A program made the translations under genes and the position numbers. Below, one piece after another: positions 1 through 19,565 of a stretch of DNA of 64,000 nucleotides (positions are counted from its first letter, which is position 1; each line of letters starts with the position of its first letter). This DNA is from Amoebidium appalachense (taxonomy: Eukaryota; Protista; Ichthyosporea): assembly GCA_963693365.1 (NCBI GenBank), contig CAVNZM010000002.1:16153615-16217614 (forward strand), given 5' to 3'. The notes below the pieces were generated by a model that saw nothing but the letters and a program-made list of their open reading frames with translations, was not told where the DNA came from and searched no databases.

Positions 1-118
1 CGGATGCCCTCGTCATACATCTCTCCTTCCCTTCCTTCCTCCTTCCCCCTCTCTCTCTCCCTCTCTCGCCCTATCTCTCTCTCTCCCTCCCCCTCCCCCT
101 CTCCCTCTCCCTCTTCTT

Positions 119-165
<47 letters not shown>

Positions 166-995
166 CCCCCCCCCCCCCCCCCCCCCCCCCTTTTTTTTTT
201 TGGGGGGGGGGGGGGGGGGGTAAATTCTATATCCTTTTTCTTGCTATTTCAACATAACGGTTTTTTGCTGTTTCTAAATGGAAATCGTGGCCATGGAGGT
301 CTGGAGAGATGGAAGGCTGCAGAGTATGGAGACCAAGCGGGAGTGTATGTTTGGTTGTGTGGGGGGAGAGAGATTTATATAAGTCATTGTTCATTTGAGA
401 CAGGCGGGGGCCGATGAATGGGTAGGGGTGTGGGTGAGTGGGTGGGTGGGTGGGTGGGTGGGTGGGTGGTTGTTGTGTGTGTGTGTGTGTGCTTGTGTTT
501 GTGTGGTGTCGTGCTAGTTGTGTCTGACAAGTACTGCAGGTCTGCGCTGCCTGCACGCCAGGGGTCTTAGCCATTGCAATTTGGGCCTGGACACGGTGTG
601 GGTGCAACATAATGGCCTGGTACCATGCCTTTCCCCATGCCGTCCTACCCTCCTTACTGCCCTCGAACCTATGATACTTATGTGGAGACCTTAAAGCAAG
701 AACGGAACATATATACCTAACCTACACACTAATAGGTTAATCAATTATAAACCCCCATTCGCTGATATTGGGCAGGCCTCAGGGGTGGCTGGATCGGGCA
801 TTTGAGGAGGAGTTTAGTGGGTTGTGGGTGTTGGTGTTGGTCCTGTTTTTTTTTGGTTTTTTTTTGTTTTGTTTTTTTTGAGCGGTAAGTGGAGAGGGGG
901 AAGGGGGGGGGGGGGGGGGGGGGGGGGTCTGGATTCCTCTTTTTTTTGGTTTTTTTTTTGTTTTTTTTAATACTCACTGAAGAATCTCACCTCAG

Positions 996-6558
<5,563 letters not shown>

Positions 6559-6750
6559 CTGAGGACAGCAGCACGAATGGAGGGTGTGTGAGAGCTTGTC
6601 TTTTCCGCTGTAGGCGGTAGGGGGGGGGGGAGGGGGGGGATATGGCTATGCAAACGAGCTCGACACTGGGAGGATTATTGAATAGGCCGTGAGAGGAGAG
6701 AGGTAAGAGAGAAGGGATGATGGCCCCTGGGGGGAGGGATGGGAGTGGGG

Positions 6751-6786
<36 letters not shown>

Positions 6787-7029
6787 GAGGCTGAGTATGA
6801 TTTAGCGAATTATTATGTGCGAATGTGAGTGAAGGATTTTGGATACTGAAGTGGGCCGAAGCACATGAATGAGGTGAATGGCATGTGTAGCTAGAAAGGT
6901 GTATGGATGGAGTGGTCCAGGGATAAGATACTGCTAATGCGGCGGATATGTAAATTGAATGGTTGCGATGTAAGTCGCCGGCTGGAACCAGCAGGAATTC
7001 AGTACTCATCTAGGAGATAACGGAGCAAT

Positions 7030-7272
7030 TCCATTGGTTGAATGGGCCAGAATTAATTGTAGATGATGACTAAGATGTAATGGATTGATCCATTGGTTGA
7101 ATGGGCAAGTGTAGATGAATTTAGATGTAACGGACTGCCGCCTGGATTGGACGGGCAAGTGTAGATGATGAATTAGGTAGTCCAACCGGTAATTGGTTAT
7201 ATGGCAAGGTGTAGATGATAAATCAGATATAAAGGAGTGAAGTCATTGGTTGGAATGGCATGTGTAGATGAT
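7030..7272. repeat. Degenerate tandem repeat, five ~46-60 bp units
   Basis: ATTGG(TTGA)ATGG(G)CAAGTGTAGATGA recurs at about 7033, 7093, 7146, 7192 and 7245 with variable intervening sequence. Confidence 0.75.
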
Positions 7273-7626
7273 CGTATGATGGCGTGATTTGCACGAATAG
7301 TTCATGTGTTCTTGAATAAAACAAGAAGCCACAAAGCGAAGAAAACAGTAATCTAAATAAACACCGAGTGGCAGGTGTGCAGGGGAAGTAAAGAGTAAAT
7401 ATACCAATGTGGCCTGCGTCTACCTCTTGTCCGCGTGCAGTGATTAGTATTTCAAAGTTTAATCACGACTGTTGGTGTGGATGGTGTGTGAGTGCATCTG
7501 TGATTTCTGTGTGCCTGATGTAGTTTTAAAGTTGGTGAAGGGGACATCTCGCGATCGAGGAAGAGTCGGTGCTGTGCACTGTGTGTTGATGAGGTGTCAA
7601 CCTGTGTGTGCATACGTGTGCGTTGT

Positions 7627-7668
<42 letters not shown>

Positions 7669-7868
7669 TGGTGGTTGTGGTGGGGGGGGGGGGGGGGGGG
7701 GGGGGGGTAATGGGTGTGCGTGTGTGCGTGCATGGGTGTGCTTGCGCCTGGCCCTCCGAGTGTGTCTGTAGCTTTTCAATTGGGTTTCATTTGCACACAG
7801 GAACACACACACACACATTATACAAACAGAGCTGCAGATACCTACTGACCACATCACTCAAACTTTTG

Positions 7869-7899
<31 letters not shown>

Positions 7900-8312
7900 A
7901 TTGATGTACATTGATGGTCACCGTGGTGGTGGTGGTGTGTGTGTGTACACGTGCACGTGTGTGTTAACGTCCGTTAACGTCTGAGGCGGGGAGGGGGGAG
8001 CGGGGGAGCCTCGGGAGGGGGGGGGAGAGTGGGGTTTAGGCACGTGTGTGCTGGTATTATAACTGCTTAGTAACAATTATAGCTCGAGGGCAGAGACAAC
8101 TTTATATGGGTTCGCGATCAAGATGTTTAACTTTGCAGGCACCGTGCGGGTCACTGTGGGTGTTCATGTAGCACTTTTCGCGCACCATTTGTAATCCACG
8201 TCACACCCGGTGTGGTCACACAGAAGTTTGCCGATAAGATGTGTGGCGCTAGCTACGTGAATTTAAGTTTATCCCCCCCCCTTGCCGCCGCCGCCGCCCA
8301 AATAATTTGGGG

Positions 8313-8350
<38 letters not shown>

Positions 8351-9043
8351 CCACTGTTGATGCATGCCTGAGGCCTCCGATCACTGACTATAGTGTGCAT
8401 CATCGGCTGCAAATTGGCCATTTATTGCGGAATACAGCTCGTATCTCATTCGCACATACACAGCAGATAGACATTCAGTCAATCTATATCCCCCCCCCCC
8501 CCCCCCCCCTCCCCCCCCCGCCACACACTCCCCCCCCCCCCCCCCCCCCCCTCCCCCTCCCCCCCCCCCCCCCCCCCCCCCCCCTCCTTGGGGGGAAAGA
8601 AAGGAAAACTACAGAGAAAGGAAAACTACGGATTCTCCGCAAATGTACCCGCAACGAACTCCACTGATAATTTTCGAACGTACTTCATGCAATATCGATG
8701 AAGAGTCAAAGTGGTGCGCTAAGTCATGACGGTATTTGTGACTACTTCATTTTTCTTGGTCAAAATCTAGAAATCCGATTATTATGTTCTCTCACTCTAT
8801 TTCTTACGTCTGATCAGAAGGTTTGGTACACGTCATTCGCAAAAGCCCACGTTAAAGAGCTTGCCTTTTAACGGCCTTAGGGGGCGATGACCATTTTCTT
8901 TTAAAGATTTTGAGCCTAAATCGCTCTTTCTAGGTATCCACGTACCTGCATACAGGCACGAATACACCACAGCAGGGTCATTCTAATAAATCGCACATAT
9001 ACCCACACACATGCAATCACATATCAACCAACAACATACTTCG

Positions 9044-9476
9044 TCACAACATGGTTAAAGTCAACCCCTCTATTCTCATATGCACGCCCTGCCCACACCC
9101 CTCATGGCACACACACAGCCTATCCCCCGCATGCAACCTTAAAGTCTCAACCGCCAGCCTGCCCGGTGGCTGCCAGTGTGCGCTTGACGATCTGCGCTCC
9201 CCCTTAAAGAGAATAGATCGGCGATTGGAATTACCATATAAGGAGATCTGGCACGTGGCATCGGCACTGCCCGACACCTTGCACACCACCTGGTACAGCC
9301 CGGCCTGAGAGATGGGGGGGGGGGGGGGGGGGGGGGGAGTCAGTTGGAAACACAATCTTCGGCTTGCCCATGATAATCTTTACCTTTTTTTTTTTTGGCA
9401 CCTTTGCAGAGTAGGGTATGAGAGAGGGACGGGGGGAGGTGGGGGAAGAAGTGGGGGGAGAGGGGGGAGAGGGGGA

Positions 9477-9520
<44 letters not shown>

Positions 9521-9886
9521 AGCCGTGGTGACAGTTCAGGCTGAAATACAAAGGCACACTAGCACCAGGGGAAATGGAGGGGGGGGGGGGGGGGGGGGGG
9601 GGGAAGGGGGGGGGGGGGGGGGAGGAGGATAGTGGAAGGGGGGAGGGGGGAGGAGGATTTGAGACATATTTAGTATGGTGGCTGTAGAAATCTAGGACAA
9701 AGGAGGATAGTGGAAGGGGGAAGGGGGGAGGAGGATTTGAGACATATATGGTATGGTGGCTGTAGAAATCTAGGACACCAATCGACTTGGCCAGAAGAGA
9801 AAATTACGAGAAGTGAAATACAGGGTGAAGGATCTTTGGGGATGGTGATGTGAAGTGTGAGCGTCCAAGTGTTGTGTGTGTGTGTA

Positions 9887-9944
<58 letters not shown>

Positions 9945-11365
9945 TGTGCGCGTGGGTGCATGCATGCAAGCGTGTGTGTGTGCGCGTGTGCGCGACCGCG
10001 TGTATCTTTGTGTGTTGTGTGCTTTGAAAAGAAGGGTGGGGTAGGGGTGGTCACGCACCACTTGAACATCCAAAAAAGTCTTTGATTCGTCCAAAGTCAT
10101 GTGACATAATTCCTCCGCCTCCAGCTGGTATTTCCCATTCGTCATTTTGTGCCCAGCTAATCTTGCATATCCCCTGGCCCCCCTGCCCTCCTCCTCCTCC
10201 CATTCTTCCAGCATTTTCTCCGCTATTCCACGAAGACACGGAAGGAGGTAGAAGTCTGAGTCTATTGATAGCTTTTGTAATAGCGCCTTGGTGGGCGGCC
10301 GTGTGAACAGTTGCTCATATGTGAGGTATTCGAGCACATACTGGAGGGAGGTGGGGTTAGTACGACCAAAGAAGGATGTTTACCCGTGTTTGTGTGGTGA
10401 CGTAAATGGTAGTTGATGATGGAGGAGGGAGGTAGTTGGAGGGAAAGGGGGAGGGGGGGCATGGGGTGGGAGGGGGAGAGGAGGGGAGGTGGCAGGGGTG
10501 TTGGTGGGGGGGCAGTGTGTGTTTTTTGTAAAGGGGGGCACGAGGGTAAAAGCAGCAAAGGAGACAGATGGATTTAGGCAGACAAGAGGAAAGGTCAACG
10601 GGGGGGGGGGGGGGGGGGGGGGGGGGAAGAAGAGGAAGGGCAAGAGGTGGGTGGACAACACACGGAGTGAAACATAGAAAGGCAGGATGGGTGTCGATAA
10701 CCCCCCTCCCCCCCCCCCAACTTTTCCCCCTCAAAAAAAAAAACCAAAACCAAAAAAAATTAAATAAATAAATAAATAAATAAAAGAAAAGGAAAAGGAA
10801 AATTTAGAGAAAAATCCCTACACACAATGGCATCGCTTCCACAACCCGTCAACACTATCGTGTTTTTACTTGTCAAGAAAGTGAGCATTTTTCCTTAGCA
10901 ACCACAGCGGGCATACATAACGTACACACACAACAGTACACCACCACACGTGCAATAACCTCCCCCCTCCCCCCCACCTCCCACCCATGCAACCCACCCA
11001 CCCACCCACCCACCCACCCACCCGTGCAACCCGCCCACCCAACCACCCATGCAATCCACCCACCCACCACCCATCCACCCACACACAAGCACACACATTT
11101 TTCAAATGCCCCTTAACCCACCTTAAATACTTCTGGGTCTCTTGCAATAAACAGCTCTCTCTTCCCCCCCGTTCTCTCCCAATCATTCATCAACCCAACG
11201 AAGAAACTGTCATCCACTCGTGTCAATATGCCCGGAGAAGTGTGGAAAAAAGTGTCCCCGACTTGCAGCGTGACCTTTGGAACACTGTGTTCCATGCGAC
11301 ATATCACGGTCGACAGGTGGCTCTCTCTTCTCGCCAACTCCTACAGTGACGTAGAAGATACGGTG

Positions 11366-11412
<47 letters not shown>

Positions 11413-11713
11413 GGGGGGGGGGGGGGGGAAGGAGAGAGAGAGAGTGAGAGAGAAATACACACTGTTAGTTTAGGGTGAGACAAAACAATGTCCTATGTTT
11501 ATAGGCACAAAGAGAAGTGGTCTCGATGTAGCCAAGATGCCTTGCTGTATAAGTAAACTAACAGACGGTGTCGGGGTTACTGTCTATGTTGGTAGAACGA
11601 CGGTGAGGCGTGATTTTGTGCTGGAATTTACTTGCCCGTGTGTCTTGCTACGGGTCTCGGTCTCTCTCTATCTCTCTCCCCCCCTTCCTCCCCCCCCCCC
11701 ATCCACCACCCCC

Positions 11714-11755
<42 letters not shown>

Positions 11756-11986
11756 TCTCTCCCCCCCCCTCCACCCCCTCAATCCTCCCGCTTGCTCTAC
11801 CGGTCTCTCTATCACTTCTCTTCCTTCCCCTCCACCCCTACCCCCACCTCGCTCTCCAGAGTCTTTCTTTCTTTTTCACTCCCTCTCTCTCCTCCTCCCC
11901 CTCCCCCCCTCCCCCCTTCTTCCTCTCTCTCTGTGTGTGCCATAATGTTTGGGTGCATGTGAGAGGGCTGGGATGTGTGTGTGTGT

Positions 11987-12025
<39 letters not shown>

Positions 12026-12205
12026 TCAATATGAGCCAGTTCGAAGCACAGCTTTTCTGCCAAGCGATGAGCCTGTTTCCCGTCTATTACCCACATATTG
12101 GCACCGTTTTAGGTCTTTCCTGTCTGTCTCATCTAGCAACACATTTTTTCGTGCCTAATTAATTCCTCTGTACCTCCCCTCCTTCCCCCCCTCCCCCCTT
12201 CCCCT

Positions 12206-12243
<38 letters not shown>

Positions 12244-12439
12244 AGCCCCGCCCCGCCCCGACGCCCTCCCCTTACCCCCTCCTCCCAGAGCTTGGTTCCT
12301 AACTCCTTCTTACATGGGCATGAGCGAACACATAGTCGTACACTAACCGGGAAATCTATACTTGCACAGGTTTCTCTTCTTTCATGTGCACGAATCAGCA
12401 CAAGAACGACGAAAAACACACACACGCACGCACGCACGC

Positions 12440-12471
<32 letters not shown>

Positions 12472-12947
12472 CACACACATGCACACACGCACGCACACAC
12501 GCATGTGCACGCCTGCAGGCATGCAGCGCACACCACATTCATCGTACGCACACAGACAGCGACCAGCACACCATGCATGCACACACAAAAGCAAACACGC
12601 ATGCACAGCGACGCACACCACACGGGGACGCGCGCGCGCACACACACACACACACAGGCACATTAAGAGAGAGAGCGAGAGAGCGAGTGAGTGAGAGGGA
12701 GAGAGAGAGGGAAGATAAGGAGTGAGGGAGGGAGGGAGGGGGGAAGCGAGGGGAGGAGGAAGAGGGGAAGAAATGACGAGGAATCGAGGGAAGCAGGCAA
12801 GACAGGAGAAAGGAAGAGAGAGAGAATCACAGACAGACGGATACGCACCTGCTCCTTTTGCCGTATCTCCTCCTCCCTCCTATTTACATGCATACAACTA
12901 GCACACTCGCCCACATGTTGTTGATCAGTTTCTTCACTCTGAGCCAT
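9044..12947 (-). CDS. KCTD-type BTB/POZ protein with N-terminal coiled coil and C1q/TNF-like C-terminal domain
   Basis: Exons 12947-12849, 11340-11122, 10340-10059, 9304-9044 (all junctions phase 0). BTB motifs: [43 protein letters not shown]. Tail: [19 protein letters not shown]. Extra small exons in 11341-12848 cannot be excluded. Confidence 0.8.
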
Positions 12948-13139
12948 TGTTGGTGTCGTTTGCACCTACACCAGTTTCCAACTGACAAACGCGCGTTTTT
13001 AATAGATGTACTTGCTAGCGATAACAAATGCAAGCCAGTTCTAGACACTCTCGCCACCGTACACTGTGTGCGGTGCGTGCACAATGTGGCTGTGTCAGAC
13101 TGTTGAAAGCGCCCACGAACACTGTGCAGCAGCACTGCA

Positions 13140-13607
13140 GCTTATAATTGGAGAAATGCCATGCAGAAAAGATGGACACGAAAACCATATTCAGTTCCTA
13201 TTGGTGTACCTTGCACCCTTCTGAACGTAAGCTTTGTTGTTTAAGCCAATCAAATTGACTAATCATAGATCTTGCCGCTTTTATCGGTTGTCACATGTGC
13301 ACGTCATGAACGCACGAAGTCATGTCGACTGAGTCAGGACGACTGACCTGTAAGCTATATGGGCAGAGCAATGTTTTCTGTTTGATGCGATGAGTGAAGT
13401 CACTGATGCGATGAGTGAAGTCAATTCAATCATATGTTGTTTATTTACAGTAAATAGTTTCAATCCCCTGTCTGTCTTTAACAGCTAACACTCTCCTGCA
13501 ACCTTCATCCTGTGCTTCTCTTCACCTAGTTACAGATTACTCAACTCATTCTTTCTCCAACAGTTTTGTTTCCTTGCACAGTACCTATTTCCTTTCCACA
13601 CTTCAAC
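13140..13607. promoter_or_regulatory. Probable bidirectional promoter between the BTB gene and MMADHC
   Basis: Head-to-head start codons at 12947 (-) and 13608 (+). ATTGG/CCAAT at about 13147, 13200 and 13246; tandem duplication of GATGCGATGAGTGAAGTCA at about 13384-13423. Confidence 0.5.
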
Positions 13608-14678
13608 ATGAGTGTAGCAGTAGGTCCCGCCTGTCACCTCCCACCCACAGGGCCGAGCTCAGACCCCAACCCCCCTCCCAAAGAGAGCAACCAGCTTGTG
13701 CCACCCACCCTCCTACTTTCGCTGGAGCTGGAATACAGTGTGCATAGAGTGCCTGTGCGCATGGCTAAAGAATTGAAGAGAGTGTTTGTGGGTGTCGACC
13801 TGGCCAACTGCCTGATAGTTCCCACTTTCCAGGTGTGTAGGCACATGCCTGTGTATGTGCGGTTCCCACTTTCCAGGTGTGTAGGCACATGCCTGTGTAT
13901 GTGCGCATGAGTCTCTTTGTGTATGTATGTGTGAGTGCACGTCTGTCGAGTGCTGCGTATAGGTGTGGGTGTGAAAATGTGTTTGATTGTGTTGTGCACA
14001 AGTGGATGTGCATGCTATTTTCATCATTTGGTCCGTTGGTGTGTACCCCGGTGTGTTTTTGTGTTGTCTATTTGTGTTGTCCGTTTTGCCAATCGGTCTT
14101 CACACTGCAATTCGGAGCTCTCTATATAGATCACAAATTGCATGTTCTCTCATCCTGCAGTGCGTGTTGTGCAATACAATCTCGAGCACTAAAAATGCCT
14201 CTCGTTCTTAGCAGGGAGCCTTACCCCAGGTTTATGAACACGCAAGGGCATTGTATACACACAGTTATTTGAATAAATTGTCAAGAGAGCACCTGGACTC
14301 TGTTTGATTACGCTGATGTTCATTTTCTGTTTGCAGCGAACGAAAATTGACCTGACTTCCATTGGCCAAGCCATTGAAAACGTGAAGGACGAGTGTCTGG
14401 AGACGGTAGGTGCACGTACCCCCTCTTCCTCCTTTTTCCACACGTCAGCACACACCCACGTGCACACTCACTACACACAAGAACACACAAAGGCAGATAC
14501 CCATATGCATGCACAGGTGACAACACGTATGCACATACACACTGGGGTGGGCCTGTTGCACGCCGGCACACACCTATTTTATACGCACACAGGAACACAC
14601 CCAACCACACACATGCATACACATCTTTATATGCACAAATGGACTTGTACTTGAAAACTCCGATGCCTGTTGCCTTTT

Positions 14679-14721
<43 letters not shown>

Positions 14722-15289
14722 CCACACACACACACACACACACACCCCACCACCACCACCACCACACACAAATACGCATACAAAAAAAGGCAAACTGAAA
14801 AGAAAAAAATGAGGTAGCGAAAAAATTAAAGTATAAAAAAGAAATAAAGAAGAAAGCTTGTGGCGGCTTAGCGGCTTGTCCATCCCCGTCCCCCCTCCCC
14901 CTCCCCCCCCCTTCCCGCCCACCCACCTCTCTTAGCCTCCCCCCCCCCCCCCCCTTTCCTCCCTGTTCCGCCTTTTTTTTTTTTACCTCGTTAACCGTTA
15001 AAGCCACTATGTGCAGCTCGATACTGCACCTTGCGTGCTACATTTTACTTCCCCCCCTCCCCTTCCCCCCCCCTCCCCCCCCCCCCCCCCTCCCCCCTCC
15101 CATACACCACGATCCTCTTCCTAATCCCATCCTTTATTTGGTGTGGTTTCTCGTTTATATTCCCCACTCCCTCTTCCCATTCACAGCTCAAAGAAACAAT
15201 ATTCCACAACTCCACTTCGACGTACCAGGCATGCACGATCACACAAGCTCATTCACAAACACATAGACACACATGCACACACACACACA

Positions 15290-15386
<97 letters not shown>

Positions 15387-15479
15387 CAGTTCTACCAGTG
15401 GGGGCAGAAGGTGTGCGAGTCTCTCATCTCGAAGGGTTATTGGGCCGATATGGCTGACCCAACCTCAGGCTACCCGGTA

Positions 15480-15518
<39 letters not shown>

Positions 15519-15960
15519 TCCCTCCCTCCCTCTCCCTCCTCCCCCCTTCCCCCCCTGTCCCTGAGGATAGGCTCGGCTTATTATGCATACTTTGTATGTA
15601 TGCTCTGCACTTTGCATTGTGTTGTCCGTCATGTATGTGCACTTCTTAATCATTTAACACGTTCTAACTCCCCCCTCCCCCTTTCCACTCACCCACATAC
15701 CTACACCGGCTCTATTCCCATGCATTCGTTTCACCTCCTCCCACCACACCTCCTCCTTACCCGATTACTCCCCTAGTTGCTTGCCCTCTGTCTGTGGTCT
15801 ATGGATTAATACGGGTCGGGGGGGGGGGGGGGGGGAGGGGAAGAGGGGGGGGGAGGGGGGGGGGGGTTTCTGTCCAGAGCACACTGATGTCGATAACGTT
15901 CTGTGGTTTGAATTACTCCCCCCCCCCCCCCCCCCCCCCCCCGCCTCCCACCACCACCCT

Positions 15961-15991
<31 letters not shown>

Positions 15992-16636
15992 CCCCACCAC
16001 CACCACCCCTATCCCTGCATCGTGTTTTCCGTTATTAATGTGCACTTCATGCTCTGTAACACATTTCAAACCACTCACCTATCTCTGCCCCTGCCCCTTT
16101 CCAAAATTTCATCTACCTAGCATGTGCCCCCTCCCCCCCCCTCCCCCGCCCCCCCCCCCAACCCATCCCACCCTCCTCCTCTTCCGCCTTCCCCCACCAA
16201 GACGTCTTTTTCCTTCTCCAGCTCCCCTCCCCTTTCACCCCAGACCACCAACATGTGTTTGCTCAACACACACACACACACACACGCACACGCACACAGA
16301 CACAATACATTCACACATACAATTCACTCACTCACACTCGCCATCAAACACTCACACACACCAACACACACTTAACCACGGATTTAAAGGATCTAACAAT
16401 GGGCAAAAGCAATGCTACAGATTCAGGAGAGACACCCTTACAGCCCTCCCCCCCCCTTCCCCCACCCCCCCTCCCCCCATGCCCTCCTCCCCACCTTCAT
16501 CCTTTTTTCCCCTTATTCACCCTACTACCCTTTCCTCCAGATGTTGGGTGAGCAGGGACCTAGTTTCTATCCGGAGGTGATTGGGGCCCAAATGCTCCTT
16601 GGATATGATCTGCTGAACACAGGGTGCTGCAAGGTA

Positions 16637-16726
<90 letters not shown>

Positions 16727-17059
16727 GTCTGGGTGTGTGTGTGTTGTCTGGGTGGGTGGGGGTGTGTATGTGTGTGTGTGTGTGTGTTGTCTGGGTGTGT
16801 GGGTGGGTGTGGGTGAGTGTGCGTGTGGGTGTGGGTGTGTGCTGTTGGAGAGGAGGGGGGGACGGCGAGAAGGGTTGGGGGATGGTGCATGGATGAGAAT
16901 ACGGACTGTAAAAATGTGATGGTTGCGTACGGGTGTGGTTGGTCGGATATCACCTGTGTGTCTGTTTGGAATGAAGGGGCTGGAATGGCAGTTCGATGAA
17001 AATTGGGGGTGCGGGAGGGAAAGGGGGAGGGGTGGGTGGTGGGTTTGTGGTGGGTTTTT

Positions 17060-17090
<31 letters not shown>

Positions 17091-17292
17091 GTCTGAGCTG
17101 GTAGCGAACAGGAGAAAGGGTGGAGGGGGCGACTAAGGGGAAAGAATGGGGAGGGGGCAGGAAGAGGGGAAGGAGGGGGGGGCTGGGGGGAGAGGGGGAG
17201 CGGAGGGGGGAATCGGCCTAGAGCCTATAGATAGATGTTGTTGAATTGATCACCCCTCTCCACCCCCCCCCCCCCCCCTCTCTCCCCGACCC

Positions 17293-17334
<42 letters not shown>

Positions 17335-17385
17335 CACATTAAAAAAAAAAAAAAAAAACCACCACGGTAACGACCACCACCGGCC

Positions 17386-17436
<51 letters not shown>

Positions 17437-17815
17437 AAAAAAAAAAAAAAGAGAGAGAGAGAGAGAAAGAAAGAAAGAAAAACCACCCACGTTCCGGTTT
17501 TGGGTTGAAAGAGTGCTGGGTTCTTTTTCTTTTCAGATTTTTTGAGCATTTCTTTCCTTCTTTTCTATTAAATCTTTCGTTGTTTCTTTTTTTCTCCGTT
17601 CCTCTCTTTTTTTTTTATGTGAAAGGGAAATTTGGAAGGAAAAGAAGGATGTGGATAGAACGGGGGAGGTGGGTTTTCTGGGTGAGTTGCAGTAACTGAC
17701 TTGCTCCATGCAGGTTCTTAGCCACCCCAAGTGGGGCACTAAGGTCTACCCGGCCTCCCTCTTCACCACTGCCCCCCTGGAGGTTTTATTGGCAGCTATC
17801 CCCTCCTCTCTCTGA
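13608..17815 (+). CDS. MMADHC: Cobalamin trafficking protein CblD (MMADHC), ~191 aa
   Basis: Exons 13608-13832, 14337-14405, 15390-15476, 16541-16633, 17714-17815 (TGA), all phase 0. Hallmark motifs GYWADMADPTSGYP, GCCKVLSHPKWGT and FTTAP. Confidence 0.93.
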
Positions 17816-18620
17816 ACCACACCAGCCAATTTACTGCTCTAATTCGAATGACCCCCCCTCCCTCTCTCTCTCCCCTCTCCCTCTCCCGCCGCCACCACCA
17901 CCACCACCACCACCACCACCACACACACACACAAGCTCACACTCACACTCACACTTACACTACCGAACACCCTCACCGCTAGGTACATTGAGGTGGCCAT
18001 TAATGACACTATGATACAAAAAAAATATTTTTTCGACCCTTTTTCTGTTCCTCCGGCCCGTAAATAGGGATCAGAGACGATGTACATAGATGTCCCACGG
18101 GTTAAACACACAAGATTAATGCACGTAGGAAGGCTGAAACTCACGCGCGCCCATACACACACTAGTTGATTAAATTGTAATTACTAACCTTCCATGTCAC
18201 ATTTAATGCCATATCATAACTATTAATGTAGGACATTCAGAGTTTTTTGGGGGAAAAGATAGTATCGTCTAACCTCTTCAGTAATATTGGTAATCGGCAG
18301 GGCCGAGAAATGGTATATTAATAAAATGCATGTGCATATGGTGCATGCATGTAAAGCTTACCCATGCCGGCAGTAGTTTTCTGCAGGAAGATCGTGCCAC
18401 CCCCCCCCCCCCCCCCCCCCCCCTCCCCCCCCCCGCTCGTCGCCTCTCCTGTTTCTGGACACTTTTTGGAAGTTCTGGATCTCTCTTTGTCTCTCTCTCT
18501 AGCTCAGAGCCGTTTCCCACACCTTCCCCCCTCAACTCCCCCCCCCCCACCCACCCACCCTTCCACCCATTCCCCCCAGGCTGCTCGCTGGCCCACACAC
18601 CGTGTATATGCACTGCAACG

Positions 18621-18664
<44 letters not shown>

Positions 18665-18803
18665 ATACAGTGTCACACACACCAAAGAAAATTACAAGTG
18701 TGGGCGGGCACGGCTTAGCATGGGTAAGGTGTGCACATGTTTGCTGTTAAGACACAAAGCACGCTCACGGCAACACAAAGCGGCATATCAACCATCCGAC
18801 CTG

Positions 18804-18865
<62 letters not shown>

Positions 18866-19516
18866 ATTCATGTATCTGCAATTCACTGTGCATAGGGTAC
18901 CTGAACAGGCTGGTGGCTAGCCACAATGTATCCCCCCTCCAAAAAAAAAAAAAAAAGCTCCTCTCCCTTTCTCTGCCGTTGTGCTTCTGGTGGAACTTCA
19001 AACTGGGAGTACGGATAATATCTCGGGCTTCTTCACTGTGTACTCTCTCTGCGTAGGTGGGTGTTGAACATCGAACTTGATTTCTGTTTTGAAATGTCCA
19101 CTGTGACAGTGGTCTATCTTCTCATGAACGGCACGTGCACGTGGCACATACGTACCGTGCGTTCATCAAATTGAAGGCCTCCTAGTCCAATCACTTGAAG
19201 TGGCCTGACCGTCACGTGCTCTAACTAATTATTTATGAATCGACGGATGCACACACATATGGTCTTTCTCACTGTTGACGCACGTACGGCACGTGACTTT
19301 CACACTTATTTAATTCACAAGTACCTGCACCCGTATGTACCACACACACACGCACCCAACATGAACAAGCATGCAGATACGCTTAGTGACACCCACACTA
19401 CGTCCACACACGAACATTTCCAGCCACTGACACAGATTCGCACACGAACACTGCATGGTCAGCGCGATACCATGATCTTGCCCTCAATATTTCATAAGCT
19501 AGAAATAATTGACCGT

Positions 19517-19565
<49 letters not shown>

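Noticed and set aside
225-262. LFQHNG as an upstream NRBP exon (cf. IFIQHNG)
   Set aside because: Suggestive, but there is no convincing acceptor and the phase does not join exon 996; left unresolved.
7030-7272. CRISPR array
   Set aside because: The repeats are degenerate, the spacers are related to each other, no cas genes are present, and the context is eukaryotic.
11560-12155. Additional exons of the BTB gene
   Set aside because: The candidates have weak or phase-incompatible boundaries; direct splicing 12849->11340 gives a coherent coiled coil.
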